Of a DNA stretch of 64,000 nucleotides, positions 10,610 to 21,148 are shown in pieces. Below the pieces are notes generated by a model. The model saw nothing but the letters and a program-made list of their open reading frames with translations, was not told the origin of the DNA and ran no database searches. The stretch is from Alphaproteobacteria bacterium (lineage in GTDB: Bacteria > Pseudomonadota > Alphaproteobacteria > UBA6615): the NCBI GenBank assembly GCA_965261975.1, contig CBDHEC010000057.1, positions 64,001-128,000 of the forward strand. The letters are read 5' to 3'. The translations under genes and the position numbers were made by a program. Each line of letters opens with the position of its first letter. Within the stretch, counting starts at the first letter, position 1.

Positions 10610-11662
10610 ATGAACATTCAAGACAAGCGAATCGCAGTCCTGTCCACGGGCGCCAACGGAAGCTGCATCGGCGCGGACCTGACGGCGGCCGGGCTCGACG
10701 TGACGATGATCGACCACTGGCCCGCCCATGTGGAGGCCATGCGCGAGAACGGCATTACAATCGAGACCCGCGACGGCACGACCACGACGCCGGTCAACGC
10801 CATGCACCTCTGCGACATCGCCACGCTGACGGCGCCGTTCGACATCGTGCTGCTAACATCGAAGGCCTATGATTCCCGCTGGCTGACCGAGTTGATCCGC
10901 CCGCACCTGGCCGAAGACGGCCTGCTCGTGGCCGTGCAGAACTGCATGACGGCGGAGATGATCGCCGAGATGGTCGGGCCGGAGCGCACCGTCGGCTGCG
11001 TGGTCGAGCTGTCGTCGCAACTGTTTGAACCGGCCGAGATCAAGCGCAACACGGAGACCGCACGCACCTGGTTTGGCGTCGGCGCCTTCGATCCGCTTCA
11101 TGAAGACCGCGTCGCGGAAGTGGCGGAGGTGCTCAGGCACGCCGGGCGGGTGGACGTCAGCGAGGATGTCATCTCCGCCAAGTGGATGAAGCTGATCACC
11201 AACACCATGTCGATGGGCATCAAGGCGATCTGCAACGCGACGAACGGCCAGCTGTTTCAGGAGAACGGTCCCGAGTACGCCGCCATCGCACGCGCGGTCT
11301 GCCTCAAGTCGGGCGAGGAGGCGCTCGCGGCCGGCCAGTTTCTCGGCTACCGGCCGGTCCCCGTTTACGGCCTCAAGCCCGAAGACGTCGGGAACACCAA
11401 CAACCTGCTCGAGACGCTGCTCGACAAGATCGTCGCCGACGTCGGCCCGACCGCGATCAACACTGTCCTGCAGGACCACATGAAGGGCCGCTACAGCGAG
11501 GTCGACATGATCAACGGCATGGTGGCCGACGAGTGCCGCGCCAATGGCCGACCGTCGCCCATGAACGACGCCATCGTCGCGATCACCAAGCGCATCCATG
11601 CCGGCGAGCTCTCATCCGACATCGACAATCTCGAGCTGTTGCGCCAGGAAATGTCCGCCTGA
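10610..11662 (+). CDS. Ketopantoate reductase (PanE/ApbA) family oxidoreductase, paralog 2
   Basis: IAVLSTGANG, SKAYD, VQNC, KWMKLITN, TVLQD..GRYSEVDMING. Confidence 0.85.
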   Translation: MNIQDKRIAVLSTGANGSCIGADLTAAGLDVTMIDHWPAHVEAMRENGITIETRDGTTTTPVNAMHLCDIATLTAPFDIVLLTSKAYDSRWLTELIRPHLAEDGLLVAVQNCMTAEMIAEMVGPERTVGCVVELSSQLFEPAEIKRNTETARTWFGVGAFDPLHEDRVAEVAEVLRHAGRVDVSEDVISAKWMKLITNTMSMGIKAICNATNGQLFQENGPEYAAIARAVCLKSGEEALAAGQFLGYRPVPVYGLKPEDVGNTNNLLETLLDKIVADVGPTAINTVLQDHMKGRYSEVDMINGMVADECRANGRPSPMNDAIVAITKRIHAGELSSDIDNLELLRQEMSA

Positions 11663-11672
11663 CGCGCCGCAT

Positions 11673-13268
11673 TTACCCGCGCGCATCCTCCAGGATCATC
11701 GCCGAGGCCTTCTCGCCGATCATGATGGTCGGCGCGTTGGTGTTGGCCGAAATGATCTTGGGCATGATCGACGCATCGGCCACCCGCAGTCCCTCGATGC
11801 CGCGCACGCGCAGCCTCGGATCGACGACGGCACGCTCGTCCGGGCCCATGCGGCAGGTCCCGACCGGGTGGAAGCTGGTCGCGCCGTAACGGCGCAAATA
11901 GTCCAGCATCTCGTCGTCGGAGACGACGTCCGCACCGGGGATATGCTCGGACTCGACATAGTCCGCGAGCGGCCCTTTCGACGCGATTTCCCGCGACATC
12001 TGGCAACCGCGGGCAATCGTTTCCCCGTCACGCGGCGCATGCAGGAAGTTGGGGCGGATCGCCGGCGCCTCGAACGGATCCGCCGTCTTGGCCATGATCG
12101 TGCCCCGGCTCTCGGGCCGCAGAAGGCGGACGATGAAGGAGATGCCCGGGAAAGGATGCAGTCGCTCGCCGATCTTCTCGGCGCTGAACAGGGTGATTCC
12201 GGCCTGGATATCCGGCGTCGCCAATGCCGGATCGGTCTTGAAGAAACCGGTCGCGACCGATGCCCCCATCGCGAAGAAGCCGCGACGGCGGAGCGCGAAA
12301 TTGGCGACCTCGCGCGCGCCGCGCAATGGGTGGCGCACCGCGTCGTTCAGCGTGATGGGCCGGTTGCAGCGATAGACAAGGCGGATGTTGAAATGGTCCT
12401 GCAGGTTGGCGCCGACATCCGGCATGTCGGCCACCACGTCGACCCCGAGATCGCGCAGATGCTCGGCCGGCCCCAGGCCGGACAGCTGCAGCAGTTGCGG
12501 CGAGTTGATCGCGCCGCCGGAGAGGATCACCTCGCCGCGCGCCTCGGCGACAACACGCTCCCCGCCGCGCGCATACTCCACGCCCGTCGCGCGGCGCCCG
12601 TCGAACAGGACACGGGTCGCATGGGCATCGGTCACGATCGAGAGATTCTGCCGCTTCTTTGCCGGCCGCAGGAACGCCGCGGCGGCGCTGGCGCGCATTC
12701 CCTTGCGCGCGGTCAACTGGGCGTAGCCGAAGCCTTCGTTCTGCGGGCCGTTGAAGTCATCCGTGCGCTTGAAGCCGCACGCAACGGCAGACTCGATGAA
12801 GGCATCGCAAAGCGGGTGCCTTGTGCGGCTGTCCGAAACGCTGAGCGGCCCGCCGGTGCCATGATACTCGCTCTCGCCCCGCTCCTGGTCCTCCGACTTG
12901 CGAAAGAAGGGCAGCACATCGTCGAAGCTCCAGCCTTCGTTACCGAGCTGACACCAGTGGTCGTAATCCTCTCTTTGACCCCGGGTGTAGACAAGGCCGT
13001 TGATCGAACTGGACCCGCCGAGAACCTTGCCGCGCGGATTGGGAATGCGCCGGTCCGCGACCGCGGGGTCGGGCTCGTTGGTGTATAGCCAATTGACCTT
13101 CGGGTCGGTGAAGAGCTTGCCGTAGCCCAGCGGGATGTGAATCCACGGGCTGGTATCGCGTCCGCCCGCCTCCAGCAGCAGGACCGTATGCTTTCCCGAC
13201 TCCGACAGGCGGTTTGCCAGCACGCAGCCCGCACTGCCGGCGCCAACAACGATAAAATCAAACGTCAT
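11673..13268 (-). CDS. GMC family oxidoreductase (choline dehydrogenase-like)
   Basis: FDFIVVGAGSAGCVLANRLS, RGKVLGGSSSING, FHPVGTCRMG, ANTNAPTIMIGEK. Confidence 0.92.
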   Translation of the reverse strand: MTFDFIVVGAGSAGCVLANRLSESGKHTVLLLEAGGRDTSPWIHIPLGYGKLFTDPKVNWLYTNEPDPAVADRRIPNPRGKVLGGSSSINGLVYTRGQREDYDHWCQLGNEGWSFDDVLPFFRKSEDQERGESEYHGTGGPLSVSDSRTRHPLCDAFIESAVACGFKRTDDFNGPQNEGFGYAQLTARKGMRASAAAAFLRPAKKRQNLSIVTDAHATRVLFDGRRATGVEYARGGERVVAEARGEVILSGGAINSPQLLQLSGLGPAEHLRDLGVDVVADMPDVGANLQDHFNIRLVYRCNRPITLNDAVRHPLRGAREVANFALRRRGFFAMGASVATGFFKTDPALATPDIQAGITLFSAEKIGERLHPFPGISFIVRLLRPESRGTIMAKTADPFEAPAIRPNFLHAPRDGETIARGCQMSREIASKGPLADYVESEHIPGADVVSDDEMLDYLRRYGATSFHPVGTCRMGPDERAVVDPRLRVRGIEGLRVADASIMPKIISANTNAPTIMIGEKASAMILEDARG

Positions 13269-13505
13269 CGTCTGCTCCGTGAAGTTCCCGGCTCCAGCCG
13301 AAACGACGGGCCATACCCTAGACCCGCGTCGTTGAATCCTCAAAGCGATCGCCGGGTCCGGCGATGGCAGCGTTGCCAACCACCTCAGACGACCCGGCCC
13401 GCACCGCCAGAGGCTCTCGCATCGTGATGATGTGATTCCGTGACGGACGACGGTAACCTAGGCGAAACCTTCAATCATGAAGATCAAAAAAAGCAGGACG
13501 GGGAC

Positions 13506-14555
13506 ATGGAAGACTTAATCGCAGGCAAGAAAATTGCGGTGCTGGGTACCGGCGCCAACGGCAGCGTCATCTCGAGCGACCTGATCGGCGCGGGCATCGA
13601 GATCACGATGATCGACATGTGGGCCGAGCATGTCGAGGCGATGCGGGCCAACGGGCTGACGATCACGAGCAACACCCACGACACCATCAACGTGCCGGCC
13701 AACGCCCATCACTTGAGCGACGTGTGCACCTTCACCGAAAAGTTCGACGTCGTGCTGCTGGTCTCGAAAGCCTATGACGCGGCCTGGCTGACAAAGTTCA
13801 TCGAGCCCCATCTCGCAGACGATGGCGTGATCGTCGGCGTCCAGAATGCCATGACAGCCGAGATCATCGCCGAGATCGTCGGCGTCGAACGCACCGTCGG
13901 CTGCGTCATCGAACTGGCCTCCCAGCTGTTCGACCCCGGCACCGTCCAGCGCAGCACCTCGAAGGACCACACTTGGTTCGGCGTCGGTGCCTTCGACCCA
14001 TCCCAGGAGCGCCATGTCGAGCTGGTCGCCGCGCTGTGCAGCCACACCGGGTCGGTCGAGATCATCGACGAAATTCTGTCGGCCAAATGGGTGAAGCTGA
14101 TTGTCAACGCGATGATCATGGGTTCGATGGCGGTCCTCGGCGGCACACCCGAGCAGGTCCTGCAACAGAACGGCCCGGAATTCGCCGCACGGGCACGCAA
14201 ATGGTTCCTGCAGGCGGGCGAAGAGGCGCTGGCCGCCGGCCAATCCCTCGACTACAAGGTCGTGCCGGTCTTCGGCCTCAAGCCCGAGGACGTCAACAAC
14301 ACCAACAGTCTGCTCGAAACCCTGCTCGACAAGATCCTGGCCGACATTGGCCCCGGCCCGGTCAACACCAGCCTGCAGGACCTCATGAAAGGCCGCCAGT
14401 GTGAGACCGACATGATCCAGGGTCTGGTCGCCGAGGAGTGCGAAGCCGCCGGCCGCCCGGCGCCGGTCTGCGCGGGCATCACGGAGATGGCGCGGCAAAT
14501 CCATGCCGGTGAACTGGAACCCGGACCCGAGAATCTCGAACGCGCGGGTTGGTAG
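13506..14555 (+). CDS. Ketopantoate reductase (PanE/ApbA) family oxidoreductase, paralog 3
   Basis: IAVLGTGANG, SKAYD, VQNA, KWVKLIVN, TSLQD..GRQCETDMIQG. Confidence 0.85.
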   Translation: MEDLIAGKKIAVLGTGANGSVISSDLIGAGIEITMIDMWAEHVEAMRANGLTITSNTHDTINVPANAHHLSDVCTFTEKFDVVLLVSKAYDAAWLTKFIEPHLADDGVIVGVQNAMTAEIIAEIVGVERTVGCVIELASQLFDPGTVQRSTSKDHTWFGVGAFDPSQERHVELVAALCSHTGSVEIIDEILSAKWVKLIVNAMIMGSMAVLGGTPEQVLQQNGPEFAARARKWFLQAGEEALAAGQSLDYKVVPVFGLKPEDVNNTNSLLETLLDKILADIGPGPVNTSLQDLMKGRQCETDMIQGLVAEECEAAGRPAPVCAGITEMARQIHAGELEPGPENLERAGW

Positions 14556-14577
14556 AAACGCCTCGGCGGACACTCCG

Positions 14578-15486
14578 ATGTATGACGGCCCGATCATCGA
14601 TACCCATCATCACATCTGGGTGGTGAAGAACTATCCCTGGCTTACCGCGCCGCCCTCGCCCAAGATCTTCGGCCCCGAGTATGAGCTGCTGCGCCGGGAC
14701 TATCTGATCGACGACCTGCTGGCAGACTTCGGCGACAACAACGTGGTCAAGTCGGTCCATGAACAGGCCCACTACAACCCGCCCGACCATGTGGGTGAGA
14801 CACGCTGGCTGCAGGGCGTGGCGGACGCGCACGGGTTCCCCCACGGGATTGTCGGGCACGCCAACATCGCGGGGGACGATATCGGCGAGGTACTGGACGG
14901 GCATCTCGAATATCCGAACTTTCGTGGCATCCGCCACGTCGTCGCCTGGCACCCCGACAAGGCCGTCTGGCAGGTCGTCGACCGACCGGATTTCTGCATG
15001 TCGCCGGAATTCCGCCGCGGGCTGGAGGCGCTCGAGGCGCGGGACGTGCATTTCGAGCTTCAGGGGTTCGCGAATCAGTTCGATATCTTCGCCGAGCTCC
15101 TCGCCGGCCATCCGGGCCTGCGTTTCTGCCTGGTCCATGGCGGCTTGCTGACCGCCGACGACGACCGGACGTTCGACAGCTGGCGCCGGGCGATCGAGCC
15201 GCTGGCAAGGTTCGAAAATCTGTCGGTCAAATGTTCCGGCCCGAACGTCATCAACTGGGAAACGCCCCGGCCGCTCGCGGCCGTTTCGCGTCAGTACAAC
15301 GCCCTGATCGACATGTTCGGCGCCGAACGCTGTTTCTTCGGCAGCAATTTCCCGGTCGAGAAACTGATGACGACCTATGATGAGGTGGTCGCCCTGAGCC
15401 GCCTCGCTCTGGCCGACCGTAGTGCGTCTGATCAGCGTGCCTTCTTCCATGACACCGCCGCAGCGTTCTACCGCCTCACATTATAA
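14578..15486 (+). CDS. Amidohydrolase_2 family protein (lactonase-like)
   Basis: IIDTHHHIW, RGIRH, CFFGSNFPV motifs. Confidence 0.85.
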   Translation: MYDGPIIDTHHHIWVVKNYPWLTAPPSPKIFGPEYELLRRDYLIDDLLADFGDNNVVKSVHEQAHYNPPDHVGETRWLQGVADAHGFPHGIVGHANIAGDDIGEVLDGHLEYPNFRGIRHVVAWHPDKAVWQVVDRPDFCMSPEFRRGLEALEARDVHFELQGFANQFDIFAELLAGHPGLRFCLVHGGLLTADDDRTFDSWRRAIEPLARFENLSVKCSGPNVINWETPRPLAAVSRQYNALIDMFGAERCFFGSNFPVEKLMTTYDEVVALSRLALADRSASDQRAFFHDTAAAFYRLTL

Positions 15487-15710
15487 CGAACCTCATAAAT
15501 CGACGTTCGCTCGGCGACCAATCAGCCTTTCTATGGAGGCGTACATCGTATAAAAGCTTTCACGCCTGAGGCATTCGAACCCCCGTAAAAATGGGGCACC
15601 CCAGGACCGAGAGGAAAGCAAATTTCCTAGAAGTTAGTGCAGTGAGGCTGCGTGTTCCCTGACCGGAGAACATGCATTTGTTAACTTAGTATTTTGTGGA
15701 GAACGCAACC

Positions 15711-16793
15711 ATGAAGCACCGTTTTTTCTCGACCACCGCGCTGGGCGTCGCCGCTCTCGCGGCGGGCGTCCTGTCGATCTTTTCACCGCAGCCGGCAACC
15801 GCCGCTGATTTCAAACTTACCGCGAGTTCAAGCCATCCGCCGGTGGTACCATGGGTGAAAACGATCCAGGACCATGTCGTTCCGGAATCCGTCAAACGCG
15901 CCAAAGCGCTGGGTCACAATATTGAGTGGACCGAGGCCTATGCCGGCGCCCTTTACAATTTCAAGAACACACTCGAAGGCATCGGCGATGGCCTTGGCGA
16001 TGTTGGCTGGGTCGGCACACTGTGGGAGCCGAACAAACTGCCGCTGCAGAACGTTACATTCGTCATGCCGTTCGTGACCGGCAACGTTAAACTCGCGGCG
16101 GATATCCAGAACGCATTGCATCGCGATATTCCCGAGATGCGAGAAGCATTTCTGAAAAACAACCAAGTCTATCTTGGACCGCAGACGATCGACGATTACG
16201 TCCTCATCTCGAAGACGCCGATCAACTCACTGGCTGATCTGAAGGGTAAGAAATTTTATGCCCCGGGCGCTTCCGCTGCCTGGCTCAAAGGCACTGGCGC
16301 TGTCGGCGTGAACGGTGGCCTTCCTATCTACTACAACGGCATCAAGACCGGCGTCACCGACGGCGCAATTGTTCCGGTGACCGGCATCGTGCCGTTCAAG
16401 CTGCATGAAGCGGCCCCTTACATTATCAACGTCGGCCTCGGCGGTGGCATGACCGGCGCGCTGACCATGAACAAAAATACATTCGACAAACTGCCGCCGG
16501 AATTGCAGCAGATGTTCCGGGATCTAGGTCAGGAATATGGCGAACTGGTTGCGAAGCGCGTTACCGGTTTCAATCAGGCGAGCATCAACAAGATTCTTCC
16601 CGGCGGCGGCGCGAAAGTGTCCACCCTGCCGCTCGAAGAGCAGAAGAAATGGGCCGCTGGGCTGCCTGATCTTGCCGGCGACTGGGTCGCGCAAATGAAC
16701 GAAAAGGGCTTGCCTGGCGAGAAAGTCATGAAGACCTACATGGAGAGTGTCCGCGCCGCAGGCGAAACACCCGTGCGCAACTGGGACCAATAG
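15711..16793 (+). CDS. TRAP transporter substrate-binding protein (DctP family)
   Basis: Signal peptide, WTEAYAGAL, WEPNKLPL, DLKGKK; followed by TRAP permease. Confidence 0.88.
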   Translation: MKHRFFSTTALGVAALAAGVLSIFSPQPATAADFKLTASSSHPPVVPWVKTIQDHVVPESVKRAKALGHNIEWTEAYAGALYNFKNTLEGIGDGLGDVGWVGTLWEPNKLPLQNVTFVMPFVTGNVKLAADIQNALHRDIPEMREAFLKNNQVYLGPQTIDDYVLISKTPINSLADLKGKKFYAPGASAAWLKGTGAVGVNGGLPIYYNGIKTGVTDGAIVPVTGIVPFKLHEAAPYIINVGLGGGMTGALTMNKNTFDKLPPELQQMFRDLGQEYGELVAKRVTGFNQASINKILPGGGAKVSTLPLEEQKKWAAGLPDLAGDWVAQMNEKGLPGEKVMKTYMESVRAAGETPVRNWDQ

Positions 16794-16794
16794 G

Positions 16795-18762
16795 TTGACT
16801 GAGACTGACCCTACGTCAGCGAAGAAGAATGGCGGGGCCTTGGGTGTATACCAGGGCCTCGCCGGTCTTTTTGTTCGGCTGACCTCCATAACGAACAGCG
16901 CCGGAACTATCTGGATTTTCGGCCTGATGTTCCTGATCTGCGCCGACATCATCGCACGCGCAGGCTTCAACGCGCCCATTCGCGGTGTCACAGAGATTGT
17001 TGGCTATACGCTGATCGGCGCCGTTTTCCTGCAGCTGGCGCATTCGCTGCATGTGGGGCGCTTTTCACGCGCGGAGATGTTCATCGATCCGCTGGCCCGC
17101 AAACACCCGGTCACCGCATCGCTGTTCCAGATGGTTTTCTCGGCGGGCGGTATTTTTGTTTTCGGATTGATCGCCTTCGGGACGATCTCCAAATTCGACG
17201 AGGCGTGGCCCGACCTGAAATTCGGGGTCGAGGGCGACTTCACGATCCTTGTATGGCCCCTCAGGCTGATCATCCTGGTCGGCGCGAGCATGGTCGCGGT
17301 CAAGTATTTATCCCTAATGATCGATCACGCGATCGAGCTACGACAGCAGCTTCGGGCCCGGAAGTTGCAGGAAGAAAAGGAGCCACTCGGCCTCTACTAC
17401 CTGATTATCCTGATCGTCCTGTTCGCGGCCGGCTGGTACATCGCGACGGGCGACTTTTCCCGCGTCGAGATCGGGCTGTTTTCACTTGCCGGCATGTTCC
17501 TGGTGATCTTCATGGGCCTGCATATCGGCCTGGGTCTCATTCTGCTTGGCTTCGCGGGTATCTGGATGATGATGGGCTCGCCCAACATCGCCATCAATAC
17601 CGTGAAGCTGGCATCGAACGAGTTTCTGCGGAATTTCTTCTTCGGCGTGATTCCGCTCTTCGTTCTGATGGGGCTGGTGGTCAACGAGTCCGATGTCGGC
17701 GGTGACACATTCGACGTCGCACGATGGGCCCTGCGAAAGGTCAAAGGCGGGCTGGGTGTGGCCACGGTTCTGGCCAATGCCATCTTCGCCGCGATTACCG
17801 GATCATCAATCGCATCTGCCGCCGTGTTCACGAAAATCGCCGCCCCCCACATGATCAAGCATGGTTATACGCCGACATTTGCCGTGGGCACGGTCGCCGG
17901 CAGCTCGGTCCTGGGCATGCTGATACCGCCGAGCCTGCTTTTGATTATCTACGGCTTCGTCGCCGAACAATCGGTCGGGCTTCTGTTCCTCGCGGCCGTG
18001 ATCCCGGGAATCATTCTCGCATTTGCAATGGGTATATCCATCATCGCGATGGCGCATTTTTGGCCGTCCTATGTTGGACGCCCGGACGATAGTGAACAGG
18101 TCGACCTGCAGCTAGGCGACGCGGCCCGCATGGTGCTGCCCATCCTGATTCTGATTGCGGCCGTCTTGGGGGGAATTTACGGCGGAATATTCACCCCCGT
18201 GGAAGCCGGTGCGGTTGGTGCGGCCGGGGCACTCATCATCGCCATCGTCAAACGACGCCTGACCTGGCCGAAGCTCTGGAAGGTCTTGCTGGAAACCGGG
18301 CACACGACCGTGTCCGTGCTCTTCCTGATCCTCGCCGCGAATATCTATGGCCGGATGCTGGCGCTTTCGGGCCTGCCGCAGTTTGCGAGCGAGATGGTCG
18401 GCGGTGCCGAACTCGGTTTCTTCGGCTTCATGGTGCTGTACGTCATCCTGGTCATCATCCTGGGCATGTTCCTGGACTCGATCTCGATCATGTTGATCAT
18501 CCTGCCACTGGTCCTGCCCATTGTGCAGGGCTTTGGCGGCGACCTTGTTTGGTTTGGCATTGTCACGGTTATCGCCGTGGAAATGGGATTGTTAACACCC
18601 CCGCTTGGGATCGCAGTCTATGTGGTCAGATCGACGATCGCAGACGCATCCGTCACTCTGAACCAGATATTCAAAGGCGCGTTTCCGTATGTCGTCATCA
18701 TGCTGGCGGTCACGATCCTGCTGATTGCATTCCCGCAATTGTCGCTGGTATTGCTCAACTAG
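16795..18762 (+). CDS. Fused TRAP small+large permease (DctQ-DctM)
   Basis: N-terminal 4-TM DctQ (ADIIARAGFNAPIRGVTEIV) fused to DctM (IPLFVLMG, FAAITGSS, LGMLIPPS, GLLTPPLG); TTG start inferred. Confidence 0.88.
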   Translation: MTETDPTSAKKNGGALGVYQGLAGLFVRLTSITNSAGTIWIFGLMFLICADIIARAGFNAPIRGVTEIVGYTLIGAVFLQLAHSLHVGRFSRAEMFIDPLARKHPVTASLFQMVFSAGGIFVFGLIAFGTISKFDEAWPDLKFGVEGDFTILVWPLRLIILVGASMVAVKYLSLMIDHAIELRQQLRARKLQEEKEPLGLYYLIILIVLFAAGWYIATGDFSRVEIGLFSLAGMFLVIFMGLHIGLGLILLGFAGIWMMMGSPNIAINTVKLASNEFLRNFFFGVIPLFVLMGLVVNESDVGGDTFDVARWALRKVKGGLGVATVLANAIFAAITGSSIASAAVFTKIAAPHMIKHGYTPTFAVGTVAGSSVLGMLIPPSLLLIIYGFVAEQSVGLLFLAAVIPGIILAFAMGISIIAMAHFWPSYVGRPDDSEQVDLQLGDAARMVLPILILIAAVLGGIYGGIFTPVEAGAVGAAGALIIAIVKRRLTWPKLWKVLLETGHTTVSVLFLILAANIYGRMLALSGLPQFASEMVGGAELGFFGFMVLYVILVIILGMFLDSISIMLIILPLVLPIVQGFGGDLVWFGIVTVIAVEMGLLTPPLGIAVYVVRSTIADASVTLNQIFKGAFPYVVIMLAVTILLIAFPQLSLVLLN

Positions 18763-18814
18763 GCCCGCGCGGCAGGTGCTTCGCGGATGCGGAAACCGGC
18801 AAGGACGTCAGACT

Positions 18815-19807
18815 ATGTCAGAGAGTAAGATGAACGCCGTCGTCGTGGGCGAGCACGGCGTCGAAATCGCCACGGTCGACATCCCCGAGATCAACGCGAG
18901 CCAGATTCTGGTCAAGGTGGTCGCCTGCAGCGTCAACCGATCCGACCTGCTGACGGTACAGGGCCATAACTACGGCCATGTCGGCGGCGGCCAGAAGATC
19001 ATGGGTGCATCCTTCACCGGCGAAGTCGTGGCGGTTGGCGAAGACGCCACAGGGATCGCCGTCGGCGACAAGGTCGCCGCGACCGGCGCGGCGGGCTGGG
19101 CCGAATATGCCGTCTCGAACTGGCAGCGCGCCCTGCCGGTACCCGAAAGCGGGATCGAGCCGATCGAGGTGGCCGGGCTCGCCTCGGGACTCTGCGTCAT
19201 GCATGACGCGATCGTCAGCAACGGAAAGTTCGAGGCCGGGCAGACCCTGCTGGTCCAGGGTGCGAGCAGCGGCGTCGGCATTATCGCCATGCAGATCGGT
19301 GAACATCTCGGCGCCAGCATGGTGATCGGCACCTCGACGAACGCAGAACGCCGGGGCCGCCTTGCGGAGTTCGGCGCCGATCTGGCGCTCGATTCCCGCG
19401 ACGAAGGCTGGGTCGACCAGGTACTCGAAGCCACCGACGGTAAGGGCGTCGACCTGCTCATCGATCAGGTTTCGGGCTACACCGCAAACCAGAACATGGC
19501 GGCGACGAAAGTCCATGGTCGGATGATCAATGTCGGCCGGCTGGGCGGCGAAGTCGACCAGTTCGACTTCAACCGCCATGCCGAACGGCGCCTCACCTAT
19601 ATCGGCACGACCGGGCGCACGCGCTCCCTCGACGAGCATATCGAGGTGGTGCGCCTGGCGCGCGAGGGCCTGTGGGACGGGCTGGCGAAGGGCGCCTTCA
19701 GGATGCCGATTGACAGCACCTTCAGCCTCGCGGAGGCGGGTTCCGCCCTCGACCGCATGGCCGCGAACAAGCATTTCGGCCGCATCATGTTGACGGTCGG
19801 CGCCTAG
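18815..19807 (+). CDS. Medium-chain (zeta-crystallin/QOR-like) NAD(P)H oxidoreductase
   Basis: VNRSDL, LLVQGASSGVG, KHFGRIMLTV. Confidence 0.85.
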   Translation: MSESKMNAVVVGEHGVEIATVDIPEINASQILVKVVACSVNRSDLLTVQGHNYGHVGGGQKIMGASFTGEVVAVGEDATGIAVGDKVAATGAAGWAEYAVSNWQRALPVPESGIEPIEVAGLASGLCVMHDAIVSNGKFEAGQTLLVQGASSGVGIIAMQIGEHLGASMVIGTSTNAERRGRLAEFGADLALDSRDEGWVDQVLEATDGKGVDLLIDQVSGYTANQNMAATKVHGRMINVGRLGGEVDQFDFNRHAERRLTYIGTTGRTRSLDEHIEVVRLAREGLWDGLAKGAFRMPIDSTFSLAEAGSALDRMAANKHFGRIMLTVGA

Positions 19808-19918
19808 GGCGAACGCGCTCGCCCTCTGCTGCACAACATGGACTCCCTTACCGTCGCGCCATAGAGTCGGGACGTCGTCGGTGCGGTCGAGCAACAATCG
19901 AACCAGGGGGAGCGCGCC

Positions 19919-20965
19919 ATGAACATCATCACCCAGTCCGCCGCCAGCCGTGCGGCCCGCGACGTACCCCGCCGGGAACTGCCTGTGATCGACGTCGGCG
20001 ACGTCATCGCCGGTGACCCCGATGCCCCGGCGAGACTTGCGGACCAGTGGCGGGAGGTCTGGGAGACGATCGGCTTCATGTGCATCGTCAATCACGGCGT
20101 CCCGCAGGCGCAGATCGACGGAATGTTCGCCGCCTCGAAACAGTTCCACGACCTGCCGGAAGAGTTGAAACAGACCGTCCCACTAAACACGGACCATCGC
20201 GGTTACATGGGCATCCGCACCGACCATCTCGAACAAGGCGAGATGGAGGACAACCGCAAGCCATCCATTTCCCAGGCCTTCTTCACCGCGACTGAATATC
20301 CCGACGATCACCCGCTCGTCGTTGCCGGCACCCAGTTCTACGGACCCAACCGGTGGCTCGCCGAAGATGCTGTCCCCGGGTTTCGGGAGACGACCCTCGC
20401 CTACATGGACACGGTGACCGAGCTGGGCAAACAGCTGCTGCCGATCTGGGCGCTGGCGCTCGAACTGCCCGCCGACTATTTCGCGCCCCACTTCGACACG
20501 CCCTACACCTACTTCCGCAACGCCACCTATCCGCCCCTGCCCGAACATCGGGACGCGGAGATGGGCATCCACGCCCACAGGGACACCGGCTTCATGACTT
20601 TCCTGCCGCCGGCGATAGAGGAAGGCCTGCAGGTGCTGGACGAGGACGGAAACTGGTTCTGGCCCGAGATGCCCGACGACGCGATGGTGGTAAATCTGGG
20701 CCAGTTCGCGACCCGTTGGACCAACGACCGCTTCAAGGCGACCACCCACCGGGTGGTCCCGCCACTCGAGAACGACCGCTACGCCATTCCGGTCTTCGTC
20801 AACCCGGACTTCGAGGCGCGCAACGAAACGCTGTCGACGTGCACCTCACCGGACAACCCGCCCAAATATCCCGTCCAGTCCTATCGGGAATGGTTCGGCT
20901 GGTACATGAGCAACACCTTCGACGTTTACAACAAGTCGAAACAACCAGACGGCGGCGAGGATTGC
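19919..20965 (+). CDS. 2-oxoglutarate/Fe(II) oxygenase, IPNS/PcbC family (no stop codon; frame continues into MetE-like gene; 3' end approximate)
   Basis: LPVIDV, GFMCIVNHGV, GPNRW, HRD...THRV...RYA. Confidence 0.8.
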
Positions 20966-21075
20966 GGCGAGGCGACGTTCCATGGCGGGCGTCCTATCGG
21001 CGCGGTCGACAAACACCAAACCGAAGCCACAATGGGTGCATGCGCCGAAAAACCGACGCCAGGCGCAGCGTTCCC

Positions 21076-21104
21076 TTGCACGGGTGCGCTGATACCGCGA
21101 CACT
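21076..21104 (+). promoter_or_regulatory. Putative sigma70 promoter upstream of the MetE-like domain
   Basis: TTGCAC-N17-GACACT, then AGGA (21137-21140) before ATG 21149. Confidence 0.4.
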
Positions 21105-21148
21105 CTCTCCGCCTCGGCGTCCCGGGCAAGATATTTAGGAATGACCCA

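Noticed and set aside
15540-15690. Riboswitch or sRNA upstream of dctP
   Set aside because: Only short hairpins and no recognisable riboswitch consensus; an Infernal/Rfam scan would be needed to support it.
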